DNA from: the human T2T-CHM13v2.0 reference genome, Homo sapiens
Direction: 5' to 3' (one strand)
Length of the DNA: 64,000 nt
Assembly (NCBI RefSeq): GCF_009914755.1
Contig: NC_060927.1
The notes under the pieces: generated by a model
Database searches by the model: none
What the model saw: the letters and a program-made list of their open reading frames with translations, nothing else
What the model was told of the DNA's origin: nothing
Shown here: piece after piece, positions 29,615 to 43,385 of the stretch
Numbering within the stretch: position 1 is the first letter of the stretch
Layout of the letters: each line of letters begins with the position of its first letter
Program-made: the position numbers and the translations under genes

Positions 29615-29937
29615 GGCTGGGTGCAGTGGCTCAACCCTGTAATCCCAGCACTTTGGGAGGCCAAGGCAGGTGGATCACCTGAGGTCGGGAGTTTGAGACC
29701 AGCCTGGCCAACATGATGAAACACTGTCTCTACTAAAAAAAACTACAAAAAAATTAACCAGGCGTGGTGGTGGATGCCTGTAATACCAGCTACTAGGGAA
29801 GCTGTGACAGGAGAAGCACTTGAACCCAGGAAGCAGAAGTTGCAGTAAGCCAAGATCACGCCACTGCACTCCACCCTGGGCAACAAGAGTGAACCTCTGT
29901 CTGAAAAAAAACAAAACAAACAAACAAACAAAAAAAC
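29615..29937 (+). mobile_element. AluSq/Sx-like, inserted in an L2 3' end (L2 remnants about 29080-30015)
   Basis: Full dimer, (AAAC)n tail, flanks share ggact; L2 end tgtcttgttcatc...tattcagtgaatatctattcaacaaatgaa follows. Confidence 0.9.
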
Positions 29938-30984
29938 CCAAGGACTTTGTATGTCTTGTTCATCATTTTCTCCCAGCCCAACAGATATTCAGTGAATATC
30001 TATTCAACAAATGAACATCTGGCTGATAAGGTAAAACCAAAGAATGTGAGAAACATTTATGAATTTATCAAAATACATTTTTACATATAATATAGATGCA
30101 TTACAATATATGAATGCATACATTGTCTCAAATACCTAGGCCTTACTAGCCTAGAGGCACAAATGGGATCACAACAGGACTAATATCCAGTTTCTAATTT
30201 TGCTTTTGTCTTTATTTTTGTTTGGTTATTAACCAACAAACTTTCAGGTAGACTAGGTCCTTGAAAAATTCCCGAAAGCATTTTGAAGTTTTACATATTG
30301 TCTTGAACCATTCTGTGAATGAGTGTGTTTGTCTGCTGCGTGCTCCCTTTCTGCTCGTAGCCTACCATCGCTATGCCAGCACTTAAAGGACCCCTCTGAA
30401 AATGACCTGACTGGTACCATCCTTCCTCCTGTGTTCCATTAGAATGATTGCTATCCAGGTCCAGGTGCCCTTTCCTGATGCTCCTAAAGCAGCCAGACCC
30501 CTTCTCACATTCCTTTTCTAATGCCAGAGAAGTGCTGTGTTTTGTGCAGAGATAGAGAAGATGACCCTCTTCTTCCTTGGTTCAAATATGAGCTTCTAGA
30601 AAACCTAATCTCTGCCCTGATGTCACACAAAGTCCCACCTGAAAAGAAGCTCCTCAGTCTTCTGCATATACACTTTTTTTTCTACCTATAAGATTAAAAA
30701 AAAAGTTTAGTGGCTGACAGGGATCACATAGGATGTCGTCCTCCAGTTCCCCACTTCTTTCTCTTTCTGCAGAACAAAAGAGTCCACCTCATAGGACCTC
30801 TTCTCTATGCATCATATGTACAGTCTCTGAGGTTGAGGCACAATAGTTCCACTAGTCTAATATTAGTTTCAGCTAATTTACACATGCAAACACTGATATA
30901 TAAATATAAACATATGCATACACACAGGTATGTATATGTGTGTGTATGTGTGTACACATACATATATATTATATATATATAATG

Positions 30985-31110
30985 TAAATTCAGATTTACA
31001 GTTTTGAGACCTACCTGGATCTGCCTTCTACCAGCAGTATAAATTTGGGCAAGTCATTTTGTCTCTTGGAACATCAATTTCTTCATCTGTAAATGGGGAA
31101 TTTTAGTAGA
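30985..31110 (+). mobile_element. MIR fragment preceded by a (TA/CA)n tract
   Basis: ttgggcaagtcatttt...aatttcttcatctgtaaatgggg. Confidence 0.65.
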
Positions 31111-31462
31111 TTCATAGTATTTACAAGTTTTATGTTCACGATGTCAACTCTGTGCAAGTGACCATGAAGGACCATGACATGTGGTGATTTGTAATTTTAC
31201 TCAGGCATGAAATTGAGGTTCATGTAGTAAGGGGCTGTTGTACAGAAATGAGCCAGTGTGCTGGGGCATGAGCCTTGTTAACTGCCGGGCAGGCACCACA
31301 TGGTTTGTTGTTTTCTTCTGGACCTGCATACACAATAACCCTCATGGAGCAATTAAAAAAGAAGGGTGGCTTGCGAGTAGAAGAAAAAAGCTGCTGGTGT
31401 CGCAGGGATAGAAATAATAAACATACATGGAGATGTTCAATCTAATATCTTACAGTGAAAGA

Positions 31463-32707
31463 CAGAAGTCTTCAACAATTTTTCCCCATGTATGCCCTAA
31501 AAGAACATTTACAAATTATGTGCCCTTTCACAAATGTTTAAGTTGACATCTAAAATCTTTTGTCTTAATTTTAACTACTTATAAATGATATAATTTCTGG
31601 CATGACATAAATATTGGCAATTTAAAATAAAATTTTTACATCATTCTTAAATTGGTTCCAAAGAATCCATATATCGTAGTGATTTGAGAGCCACCATTAT
31701 CCATTAAAAAAATACATGAACAAGCACTTTTTAGGAGAAACATCAATTTTGCCTTCTTAAACTCCTACTTCCATTCCCTTTACCCTACAGAATTTTATCT
31801 TGCTAACGTATGTTTTATGGTGGAAAGTCTGTTATTGATTACCCTATTATATTTTTCTGCAATAAAAATGTATGCCTCTAAATCTTTTGTGTGAATTTCC
31901 TGGGACCATATAGTTCTGTTTAAAAAGTATTTTGAGTTGAGTGATCATTATAATTTATAGTAGTATGCAATAGTAACAGCATAACTGTATAACAAACTTT
32001 GATGAATTATTATTAACATAAAGGAAAAAATATTGGAAATGTATTTCTTAAGATATATGAAGCTTCTATCTGTAGATGAATATGACTCGCTGCTAGGTGA
32101 ACCAGGATTCATCATCGATTCTGTTCCTATTTTTTTTATAGATGGAAGTGCTAAAAAACTGTTGTCCACATAAAAATACAGATAGAAATGGAAGTAGTTT
32201 TATTATAGTAATGACACACAATTCGTTGAACACTTTCCAAGTTACATGCCCTAGTGATTTATCATATAAAATTATTTCAAAGATATATTAGCCAACAACT
32301 TAATCAAGATCTTCTTCAATTCTGTTGAAAGACAATAATTGGAAAATACAGGACTTGCAAAAAATTTTATTGCCCAGTAATTGAGATCGTTCACTTTCCT
32401 GACACCTACAACAATATTTCAAATAGTCCAAATATTAGACACAAAGGGACTTTTTGAGCCCAGGAAAGTGTACTTTGATGACGTTAGAAATAGATAAAAG
32501 TGACATTTGTATTTTATAAGGTAAAAGTAGAATAGTTATGAAAGAGGAAGCTGGAAAGAAGACCTGTTTGGGAAGTAAGTTCTTAGATAAATCACTTTTA
32601 GGGAACAGCACATATAAAAATTAAGGATCTCAGAAGTCCTTTCTGAAACTATGCAAGTACCTACGCACTCCTTGGGAAGCCTCCACACACCAGTCTGAAG
32701 ACCTCCA
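31463..32707 (-). mobile_element. hAT-Charlie DNA transposon fossil with a transposase C-terminal remnant
   Basis: Degenerate TIRs cagaagtcttcaac / gtctgaagacctc; minus-strand translation near 32110-32230 gives FNELCVITIIKLLPFLSVFLCGQQF...KKNRNRID, matching the Charlie/Buster LLPFxSTYLCExGFS...KxRNR motif. Confidence 0.75.
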
Positions 32708-33119
32708 GTAGAAATTAAATATTGATAGCCATTATATTTTAATGACTTTATATTTAACACTCATCCTGTACCTATGAAATTGCTTTTAAAATTTCAGTAT
32801 TTTGCATTTTATGACTCAAATGTTATGCTATTTGGGATTCTAAACTTCAAAATCCCCACAAATGTTAGGAAGTATACCTAGTAAATATAAGTACTCTCTG
32901 CCCCACCATAAAAGGTTAATGAGATTTAAATGAGACAAAGTAGGTGGGAGTGTTATGTCAACTGTAATGCACCTTAAAAATGTTACGACATGCAAGAATT
33001 GGCCTCCTTGTGAAAGAGAAGAAATGGTGATGCCTTGGAAGGACCCACTGCAATGTGCTGAGGTCGGGGAAGCCATTTAGCAGCTAAAATATCCAAGGAA
33101 AGAGATATTAGTGGAGGAG

Positions 33120-33441
33120 GGCTGGGTGCAGTGGTTCACGCCTGTAATCTCAGCACTTTGGGAGGCCGAGGTGGGCGGATCACCTAAGGTCAGGAGTTTG
33201 AGACCAGCCTGACCAACATGGAGAAACCCTGACTCTCCTAAAAAAAAAAAATACAAAATTAGCCGGGTGTTGTGGCGCATGCCTGTAATCCCAGCTACTT
33301 GGGAGGCTGAGGCAGGAGAATTGCTTGAATCTGGGAGAGTCTGAGGTTGTAGTGAGCTGAGATCGCACCATTGCACTCCAGCCTGGGCAACAAGAGTGAA
33401 ACTCTGTCTCAAAAACAAAAAAACAAAACAAAACAAAACAA
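33120..33441 (+). mobile_element. AluSp
   Basis: Diagnostics cctgaccaacatggagaaaccc, ccattgcactcc, caacaagagtgaaac; perfect TSD atattagtggaggag at 33105-33119 and 33442-33456. Confidence 0.95.
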
Positions 33442-34016
33442 ATATTAGTGGAGGAGAATATTTGCAGAAGCAGGAAGTAAATACACATTTGGAAAACTAA
33501 ATAAGGAAGAATTAAAGTTTTGTGTTTTTTTCTTTCTTTCTTTCTTTCTTTTTTTTTTTTTAAAGGATTAGGCTTGTGTTTTCTGGAACCTGATCTGACA
33601 AGCTGAGCCAGTCTGGCTCAAGGTAATTTATAGGTAGGAGATAGAATCTGCTCTGGAAGTTCATTTAGATTCCATGCTTTTTTTTGCATTTCCTTTTTTG
33701 TTTCATGTTTCTCTTGTGGTTTTCTTGTAAAAATGTCTAAGTGTGCTTTCACTAGAGTAAGAGAAAAATAGCTTTATATCCTTTGTAGCCCATGTTATGT
33801 CAGAGATCAGAGTGCCTCTAGGAGAGCAGACACCAATAATCTTCTAATTGGCTCTGCATTCCCTCTCTCATCCCTTTCCAACCTGTTTCCACACAGCTGC
33901 ATGAATGAGCCTTTAAAAATGAAAATAGAATACATTCTCTCCTCTCCTTAAAGCCTCCTAATGGCTTTCCACACTGCATTTAGGATAAAGCTTAATCCTT
34001 AATGTGGCCTGAAGGA

Positions 34017-34436
34017 GAGTGGTGTTGGAACTGGCTTATACTGGCCCGTAAAAACCAGCTTTAAATTTTGTGAGCTGATTGTCAAACACAATCATTATTA
34101 AAATTAAATTATATAGCCATACAATTAGATAAATCATATAAAAAAGATAGATAATAGTCAAAACTCAGTAATTCCTACTTATTTTACATTTTACTTTTTG
34201 TTCTTGAGATTATTTACATTTATTGTATTTGTATGGTGGAAATTCTATACAATCATCTGCAGCTGCACAGATCTCCCCAACTCTGTATAAGCTGGTATCT
34301 TGACATCAGTTATGTGGTTGTATTTATACCAAGGGAATTGGCAACACTACAAAGAAGGGGTTTTTGTTTGTTTGTTTTATTTAGTTTTTTCTTCCCCAGA
34401 GAGCTGCTTGCTAAATGTTTACCAGCACATCATTGG
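34017..34436 (+). mobile_element. MER63-like hAT-Blackjack element, adjoining an L2 fragment at about 33830-34015
   Basis: Ends agtggtgttggaactggcttatactggc... and ...tgtttaccagcacatcattg resemble the MER63 TIR CAGTGGTGTGCTGG. Confidence 0.7.
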
Positions 34437-34785
34437 GAAGCCATGACACAAACCTGGATTAACATATAAGGAGGCCAAATTGACTTATCCTTGAACAGTT
34501 CTTTGCATCTGTTTTTGGCATTTCCATTTTACAATCCCTCCCCAGATAATAAATTTTTAAAAAAATTAATAAAATTTGTTTATTTGTACTACTTTAATCT
34601 TTGAAATTATGCTCTCTGAATAATCATTGCCCATCATGTCTCATGAGATCCAGCACAAAACAAAACTCACATTCTTTAAGAACTTTACCTTTCTGTCCCT
34701 AGATGCTGAGACTTTTGTTTCTCATTGTTTAAGTGTACAGCACTCCTTACAGTATTATCAATTCACAATTTATATTATTGTTTCA

Positions 34786-34952
34786 ATGTGTATATATATA
34801 TACACACACACAAGTATGTATATATACACACACATATAAGTTGTGTATATTGTTTCACACATATGTATACATACATAAGTGTGTATATATAGTATATGTA
34901 TATATACACAAATTGTGGGTGTATATGTATATGTGTGTGTGTATACACACAC
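34786..34952. repeat. Mixed (TA)/(CA)/(TG) microsatellite
   Basis: Mostly alternating purine-pyrimidine run of about 165 bp. Confidence 0.85.
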
Positions 34953-35844
34953 AGTCTTTCGAAACACAGTTAATAATTTGAAAACATAACAATATTTTGT
35001 ATAGATACCTAGTGGCACTTAGAAAATGAACCAACACCCAGGTGTTTTAAGGTTAATATTCTTGGATCCAATTGTTGTAATGTCCATAGAACCTTTCTCA
35101 AATTGCATCAAGGGATCTGAACATTAAATTATGTTCTTTTTAGCACTTCCAGTAATAAGAATTTGACAATCATAATTTGCCAATTTCCCTGATAGAACAT
35201 AGGCAGAATAGCATCTGGTTTAGATTTTCCATTTCAGTATTGACTTTAAGATCTTCTTTGAGAAGAAACTAGGCTTTAAAATCTCATCAGGAGTAGCAAT
35301 ATGCACCATTTTACAGCCATTTTCTTCACAGACTTTCATCACACTTTTAAGAATAGAATTTGAAAGACAAAAAATTTTGGTGCATTTGTGAGATATGAAG
35401 TGGCAAATAAGGCTTTGGCTAACTTATAACCAAGGATGCTTTAAAAGATTCTTTCCAAACAAAAATAAATAAATAAATAAATAAAACAAAACCCACAATG
35501 TATGTTAAGTATGCCTCACTTGAAATAGCGAGAACATTTTAAATATTGTGACATGGCTATGATAATTTTCTGGGTCACAACAACAGTGGCTAATCTGAAC
35601 ATGAGAAATTTACATAAGAGCTAAGGAAAGTCTGTAAGGGAGAAGTAGACCAGAAGGTCTAGAGGTTATCTACACCAGTCCATGTGAAGAAGATGGAAAG
35701 TGAAGGGATTACCCCTTTGTCTACCTGACAATTACCTTTCTATAGTGTCTGGCATGTGCTTATTTAATATATCCAAATATATGTGGTTCTCAGAAAGACA
35801 TAATGTCCTTGAATTTCATCTTTGTTATCTCTGTCTTCAAACAG

Positions 35845-36932
35845 AAGCGTGAGTGGATTTAGGTTTCATAAGCCTAACGTTTAACGCTTTGGAAGAGAGG
35901 GGCTATTTTTTAAAAAATTGCACAGTTACAAAACAAAATTAGGTTCAAGAGTGAATATTTAGACTGAAAAGAGAAATAATAATTACAATTTTTAAATGCT
36001 GAAAAATCCCTTAAATCTCACAAAATTAGAAAAATATATGTTTTCACTAGCTAATTGCTTGAAATACTTCTATAATACTTTTGTCTGTATTTCTGTACAC
36101 TGACTCTTTATAGGACAATAATTTTGTAGTAATTTTTATAGAGAGAAGATAAAGATAACTCAGTCTTTTTGACAAGGTTGATCAAATTTTGGTTTTATCG
36201 TAGATAATTGAGATGCATAAAACATGACTTCACACACAGATGTCCTCCCTGTTTGTGGTACAGTTACAGACTTATGCCTCACAAACAAAGAGATTTTGAC
36301 AAATTCTATTGTGCTTAATTTCTATCAAAAAAGGAAAAGCAATTGTATGGTGCATTTAGATTTGTCTATGTTGCATTATCAAACATCCTTCTACTAAAAA
36401 GGAACTTCTGTTTTTTCTAAGCATTGATAGGAATCATTTTAACTCATCTAAATACTGGAAGAATTTTCCGCAGACTTATCTCTGTTTCCATGTATTTCAT
36501 ACTTTGATTCCCCTCCAGTGTCATCATCTGGTGCCAGAAGTTGGTAAATATCTTTCATGGTGTAATGCACCCACTGACCCTGCACTTTTATAGTGTGGTA
36601 CAGTGAGTAGCAATAGTCACCAAAGTTATCCCTCCACCAGAACTTTTCATGGAAATCACCACTATGTCCCCCAAGCCTAAGTTAAATATATCCCCAACTT
36701 AACTTGTCTGTAGCTTTGTCCATGGGCCTTCTAAGACCGTGCACTTAAAGGAAGCTTAAAGAAGTTATTAGACAATCTTAATCAATATGGTAGAGCTACC
36801 TTACTCTTGCAAACTTTACAAAACTATATGACCACAGTGCTAGGACTCTTGTTAGGACTTTAGAAAGGTCATGTGCATTTGAGGGGCTCTGAATGTTAGC
36901 CCTCATTAAACTTCATAGAGAATCTGTCCCTG
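35845..36932. mobile_element. Zaphod/MER115-like hAT-Tip100 fossil
   Basis: Left ggatttaggtttcataagcctaa...caaaattagg...gagtgaatatttag; right ggggctctgaatg...cattaaacttcatagagaatctgtccctg. Confidence 0.6.
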
Positions 36933-37079
36933 GACAGTTTAGGATGTGCTGCCAGGAGGCTCCCACTATTAAAAATATAGGGAGTGTACCATGGGATACT
37001 GGAGTTAGCTGCATATTAGCAAAATGAGGCCAAGTATCAGAAATGAAATCCTAACATGGATAAGGGTAATCTACATTAG

Positions 37080-37423
<344 letters not shown>

Positions 37424-37429
37424 CAATAA

Positions 37430-38235
37430 ATGAATTATCTTGATTCCTCTCTTTCTCTCACCACTGTGATCTGTTTATCAGAAAGTCTTGTGGACTATAT
37501 CTACAGACTACATCACAAATCTTCCATTTTTCTTCATCTGAATATTCCTAACTTTGCTTGTATTGCCATCATCTGTAGGCTGACATCAGCTGGTTCCTGC
37601 GAATGATCTAAAAGATCTCATTCCACATTTGCCCCAGTACCACATCTGTGATTCATTCCCCACATAGAAGCCCGGGTGATCATCTAAAAATATTAATCGA
37701 GTAGTCTGTCTAAAACTTTCTAATGGCTTCACATTGCCTTTAGAATGAAATACAATCTCCATGCTATGGTGTACAAGAACCTACAAACTGATTCCCACCT
37801 ACCTTTTTAGCTTAAATTGTCAACACCAGGGTTCTCTGTCTTATCTAGCTTCACCATCCTTTTTGCTCCAAAAGTTTGTTAAGTTTATTCCTGCTCTTTG
37901 CATTGCTGGTCCCCTTTCCTATATGCTGTAGCTCCTGATCTCTCCTTAGCTGACTCTTTTTCATCAGCAGAAATATCAGGTCCTCTACAACAACCATCCT
38001 GTAAAGATGTTTTCCCTCTAGTCGCTTGGTATCAAATTACCTTGCTTTTTGTAAAATTTATTATAATATAAACTTAACCCAGTTGTGTTTATTATCTTTT
38101 CAAGGAGAATTTTCAAGGACAATGTATACTCCACAAGAACAAGAAATGTGTAGGCCTTAATCATTTTAGTCAGAATCTGTAGTGTCTAGAAGAATTCCTT
38201 GTAAATGCTAGAACCTTAAATTTACTTGGTGATTA
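37430..38235 (+). mobile_element. L2 3' portion
   Basis: tcttgattcctctctttctctcacc...aaaactttctaatggcttcacattgcctttagaatgaaatac...agtgtctagaaga. Confidence 0.7.
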
Positions 38236-38256
38236 CATTTTTTAAAAAAGGTAGAG

Positions 38257-38361
38257 ACCTGGGAAGCCGAGGTTGCAGTGAGCCGAGATCACACCATTTC
38301 ACTCCAGTCTGGGAAACAAGAATGAAACTTTGTCTAAAAAAAAAAATAAAATAAAAAAAAA
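38257..38361 (+). mobile_element. 5'-truncated Alu (right-arm end)
   Basis: acctgggaagccgaggttgcagtgagccgagatc...A-rich tail; flanks share gtagag. Confidence 0.85.
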
Positions 38362-39682
38362 GAAGTAGAGAGAAAGGCTGAATCTGAATCTGATTCATGG
38401 AGAATGGAGAACCTTATCAGTACAGAACAATGATAACAAGGATGTCAGGTACAGAATTCTGATGTTTCTAAGAAATAAACTGGGGATAGGTCTCAATACA
38501 TTGATCAATATTAGGCCTTTCTAAGTCTTGAATTTGTGTCTTTTTTTTGGTACTTCTTGAGAAGTACCAAAAAGACTAGACAGAAAGAAAACTCAAAGAT
38601 AGCCTGCCTTCAAGGGAGCATTGGAGAAGGGCATCTCATGGATCAAAAAAGCCTGGCTTTGCTGTTCTTGGACATAGGGCTAACACCCATTGGTTTTCAG
38701 GGAACCAGTTATTATGTATTTCCCTGTTTTCCCTTGCTTCTAGTAGAGAGAAAGAGACCTCTACCCTGAAGCTAGTTGGATACTTATTATGAACGGCTGA
38801 GATGAGGCAGATACTAGTTACTTTGCAACTTTGTGGCTCACAATTGAGGCTATCCCACTAGATTCTGTAGTCAAAATATTTCTACTGAAATATTTGGTGT
38901 AGCTTCAGTGATTTTAATAAATTTTCTAACAGATGTCATGCTGTGTAGAATATTGGGCCATTTGTTAATTGTGAACTATCTAAAATGTGTAGTTGACTAA
39001 TTTTTCCATTGTCAGATATTTTGACCAGCCAACAGTGTTTTTCTCTAATCAACTCTCATCTCTCCTGCTAAGCTATGCCATTTGTAATGAGCTTTTCTAT
39101 CTACTAAAACTAGATAATATTTTTTTACTCCCTTCTTATTTCCCAGAACCCGTCAGGCAGTTGCCTTAGGAGTGCAGTAGAATCTTTTCCTAAATGTGTG
39201 AGACTGAATTTTTAAAGCCATGCATTGATTATTTCTATTTTTTTCAACACTGGTAGATTTTATTATAACAAGAGGATCACATAAGTATTTTCAGCTCATC
39301 TAAGTAATGTCAGAATTTCAACTTTTTTCCTAGGCAACCCTTTGAGTTGGGTGGTAGTCACATTAAAATATGTACAGCGCCATCTTTTGATAGCAATAAC
39401 TACAAAAAAGAAATCATTACAGTCACTGACGTCCATCACTTTAGCTTTTGCAAGCTTTTTAAAAATGCTGACAATCTGCGGCCCTCTCAAACATAGACTA
39501 GCATTTCCCCCAGTCATCCTGTCACTTGCTTTTTGTTGTTGTTTTTAGATGAGACCAGCTGCCTTGTGATCACTGAAATGTCAGGAAAAAATCATTTTCC
39601 ACAAGACAGAGAAGAGCTTAAATATTCTTGGAGACAAAACTCCTACAGAAATCTTTAAAAATCCAAAGGAATAATTCTATGA

Positions 39683-40051
<369 letters not shown>

Positions 40052-40117
40052 AAGAGTTGTTCTGTACCTTATTTCTAGTTGTATTTGTAGAAGAAAGACA
40101 CAGAAAATGGTCATTGG

Positions 40118-40744
40118 TTTTTTTAAATTTGCTTTTAAATTTTTATTTGTATACAATTAAGGGGTACAAGTGCAGTTGTTACATAGATATATTATATATT
40201 GGTGAATTCTTGGCTTTTAGTGTATTCATCACCTGAATAATGTACATTGTACCCATTAAGCAATTTCTCATCACCCTCCCCCTCACCCTTCTAAACCTGT
40301 AATGTCTGCAATTCCACACTCCATGTCCATGTATACACATTACTTAGCTCCCACTTGAAAGTGAGAATCTGCAGTATTTGACTTTCTGTTTCTGAGTTAT
40401 TTAACTTAAGATAATGGCCTCCAGTTCCACCCAAGGGAATGCTTGTACACTGTTGGTGGGACTGTAAATTAGTACAACCTCTATGGGAAACAGTATGGAG
40501 ATTTCTCAAGGAACTGAAAACAGGACTACCATTCTAACCAGCTATCCCAATACTGGGTATCTAACCAAAGCTAAAGAAATCATTACACCGAAAAGATTCC
40601 TGCACTCATATGTTCATCTCAGCACTTTCACAATAGCAAAGGTATAGAATCAACCTAAGTGTCCATCCATGGATGACTGGATACAGAACATGTGACTTCT
40701 ATGCATGATGGAATACTACTTACCCATAAAAAAATAAAATAATG
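40118..40744 (-). mobile_element. L1PB/L1MA-type 3' fragment with 5' inversion (twin priming)
   Basis: Minus-strand 3' end at 40118-40433 joined to a plus-strand upstream segment at 40434-40744; flanks aatggtcattggtttt / aatggccatttgtttt. Confidence 0.85.
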
Positions 40745-41460
40745 GCCATTTGTTTTAAAAGAAAAAATAAGAGATGCAAACAACTATTTAATCTAATACA
40801 AAAACATTTTATCTATGTTTGACCATAGACAAAGGAATCTCTCTGGGCACTGCTCCTTTCAATTTCAAAGTTGAAGATGGAACTGGATGATTTTTTAAAG
40901 CCCTTTTCAGCTAGAAAGATCTATGATTTGGTCTGTTGTTATTAAGTCATTACAATGTTTAGCATCTTAACTGTGCCAAACAGAAAAAAAACTGCATAAA
41001 TGACTATCAAGTTCTCATCATATTGCCAATTAGATAAAAATGTTTTCCTCCTGTGGAAAGGAGCCAATGAGAAGGGGAAAGAAGAATAGATAATTTCTCC
41101 TTAGTAATTCCAAGGGAGACAGGCATTTCTCTTTATCATCCTGAAGTCTTGAAGGTGGAAAAGGGAGAAAAATAAATTCCCTTATTTTTTAAAATGAGAT
41201 AAATCTTAAAGCCATTATAATTTAAAACAATCAAAAATATCTATTTCTATTTGGTTCAGGTACTTATATAGATGTTCATGTTTTTTATTCATTATGCATT
41301 TCTTCATAAGAACCTATAGTGTTCTCATGGTTTCACATAAATATACAAATGGTTATGTTCTTACCCTAAGAATTTTAGGGGAGTAATAAATAATTTTAAA
41401 TACAAATCTTCATTGGAAAATAGCTATTTACTTAAAGATAAATGAGGATGTAAGATGAAT

Positions 41461-41492
41461 ACACACACAGACACACACACACACACACACAC
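41461..41492. repeat. (CA)n microsatellite
   Basis: acacacacagacacacacacacacacacacac. Confidence 0.9.
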
Positions 41493-42360
41493 TATTTTCT
41501 CACTAATATTATCTCAAGAGAAAAATTACTCCATCACTGACAAACTTCAAGGAAGAAATACAGTTTTTAAAAGAGGGGAAAATATTGACTCTTCAGATTA
41601 AGAGGGAAAAATATTGTTTTAAGAGGTTAAGAATAATCACTCCTAGGCTGAGTTGTGTAATAAACAATGATACTACAAACACCCAGACATTCAATAAATA
41701 CTATTTATTGATAAGAAACATTTGTTAAGTGCCCAATTATGAAATACCTGTAAGTTTAAGGTCAAGATAAAATTATAGTATTATTTATTTTAGTGACACA
41801 TGTACTTTGAAGACAATCAATGGTCATGTACAAGGTGTGGTTTTTTATATAAAAAGACAATGTTTTTGACAAACATACTAGAATTTATGCATCTAAATAA
41901 GCATGTACAAATGTATTTGTACTGCTAGGGTACTACTCATCCATTTTAGGGGAGGGGACATATCCTTACCATCCATTTTTGTCATCTGGTTCAATTTCCA
42001 AATTTTTGTCTGAAAGACTAAAGATTGGTACCAAAATCAAATACAAAGGAAGCTTTTGCCACCACTAGGAATATTCAGAAAAAATATAAAATATAATACA
42101 TAAATATTGTTCTGAGGACAGCAATCTTCTAAACGATTTATAAGTACAGTCCCATAGAAACCTCCTGAGGTGACTATTTAGATCAAGGTCCAAACATTCT
42201 AATATTCTAAAATCAATTCTATCACTCCACAGTCATGTTGTGAACAAATAGTTTGCCTAAAATAGGATTACATTGTTCAAAAGCAGTAATATTTCAAAAT
42301 GAATGTATGAAAAATAAAGTAACTCACTTACCACCAAGTAGTACTAACTTTTATCTTTCT

Positions 42361-42677
42361 TTTCTTGTTTTCTTTTCTTTTTTTTTTTTTTTGAGATGGA
42401 ATCTCATTCTGTCTCCCAGGCTGGAGTGCAGTGGCACGATCTCAGCTCACCTCACTGCAACCTCCACCTCACGGGTTCAAGCGATTCTCCTGCCTTAGCC
42501 TCCCGAGTAGCTGGGATTAGAGGTGCCCACCACTACGCCTGGCTAATTTTTGTAATTTAGTAGAGATGGAGTTTTGCTATATTAGCCCAGCTGGTCTCGA
42601 ACTCCTGACCTCAGGTGATCCACCTGCCTCAGCCTCCCAAAATGCTGGGATTACAGGCATGACCACTGCACCTGACT
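42361..42677 (-). mobile_element. AluSx/Sz-like
   Basis: Full dimer; TSD taacttttatctttct / taattttgatctttct. Confidence 0.92.
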
Positions 42678-42696
42678 TTAATTTTGATCTTTCTAA

Positions 42697-43170
42697 GTGG
42701 GTCAGTCAGGGTCTTGACAGAATCAAAGGCACACATAGAAGGGATTTTTAAAGAAAATTTAATGAGAACTTATAGAAACCTGTGAAGGATTGGAGGAACC
42801 AATGAGGAATGTGAAGGCCCACTTGGCCTAGCAAAGGTGGGAAGCCACTGCCATCTCTAGGCCTGAATAGGCAGGAGGAGAAAACTGTACAAGTGGAATC
42901 CAGTGAGAGTGCCAGCTTTGGAAGAAGGGTTGGCTTTCAGGTAGAAGTCACTGGAGCACAGCAATGACACTGAAGGGAGAAAGCGGAGGGGAAGAAATAC
43001 CTCAATCTCTCTCTCCCCTTATCTCTAGGTCCTTCCCTTAGCCAGAGTGGAAAACAGTCAGTGCGATCCTGATGGTTAAGCTGTGGGGAGGGTCAGCAGA
43101 TATAGAACAGAGAACAGGGTACAGACATGCAGAGAAGGGATCAGAGCTGGGAGGGGGCAATAAAAAACTA
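42697..43170 (-). mobile_element. LTR33-like ERVL solo LTR
   Basis: gtcagggtc...aatttaatgaga...ggaaccaatgagg...cctagcaaaggtgggaagccactgccatctctaggcctgaa. Confidence 0.65.
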
Positions 43171-43385
43171 GAGAGGATGCTAAGATTCTATATTTTGCCA
43201 TTTTTAATTGATTGATTAATTTTTTCGTTCATTTAAAAAGTCAATCTGATAGTTTTCCTATACCAAGCACTACAGAGGGTTATAAAAGCAAATTAAATTT
43301 AGTCCTTATACTCAAAGAACTTTGAAACATAGACATTTACACATATAATTATGACACAGGGCAGAATAAGGCACAGAAATAATAG

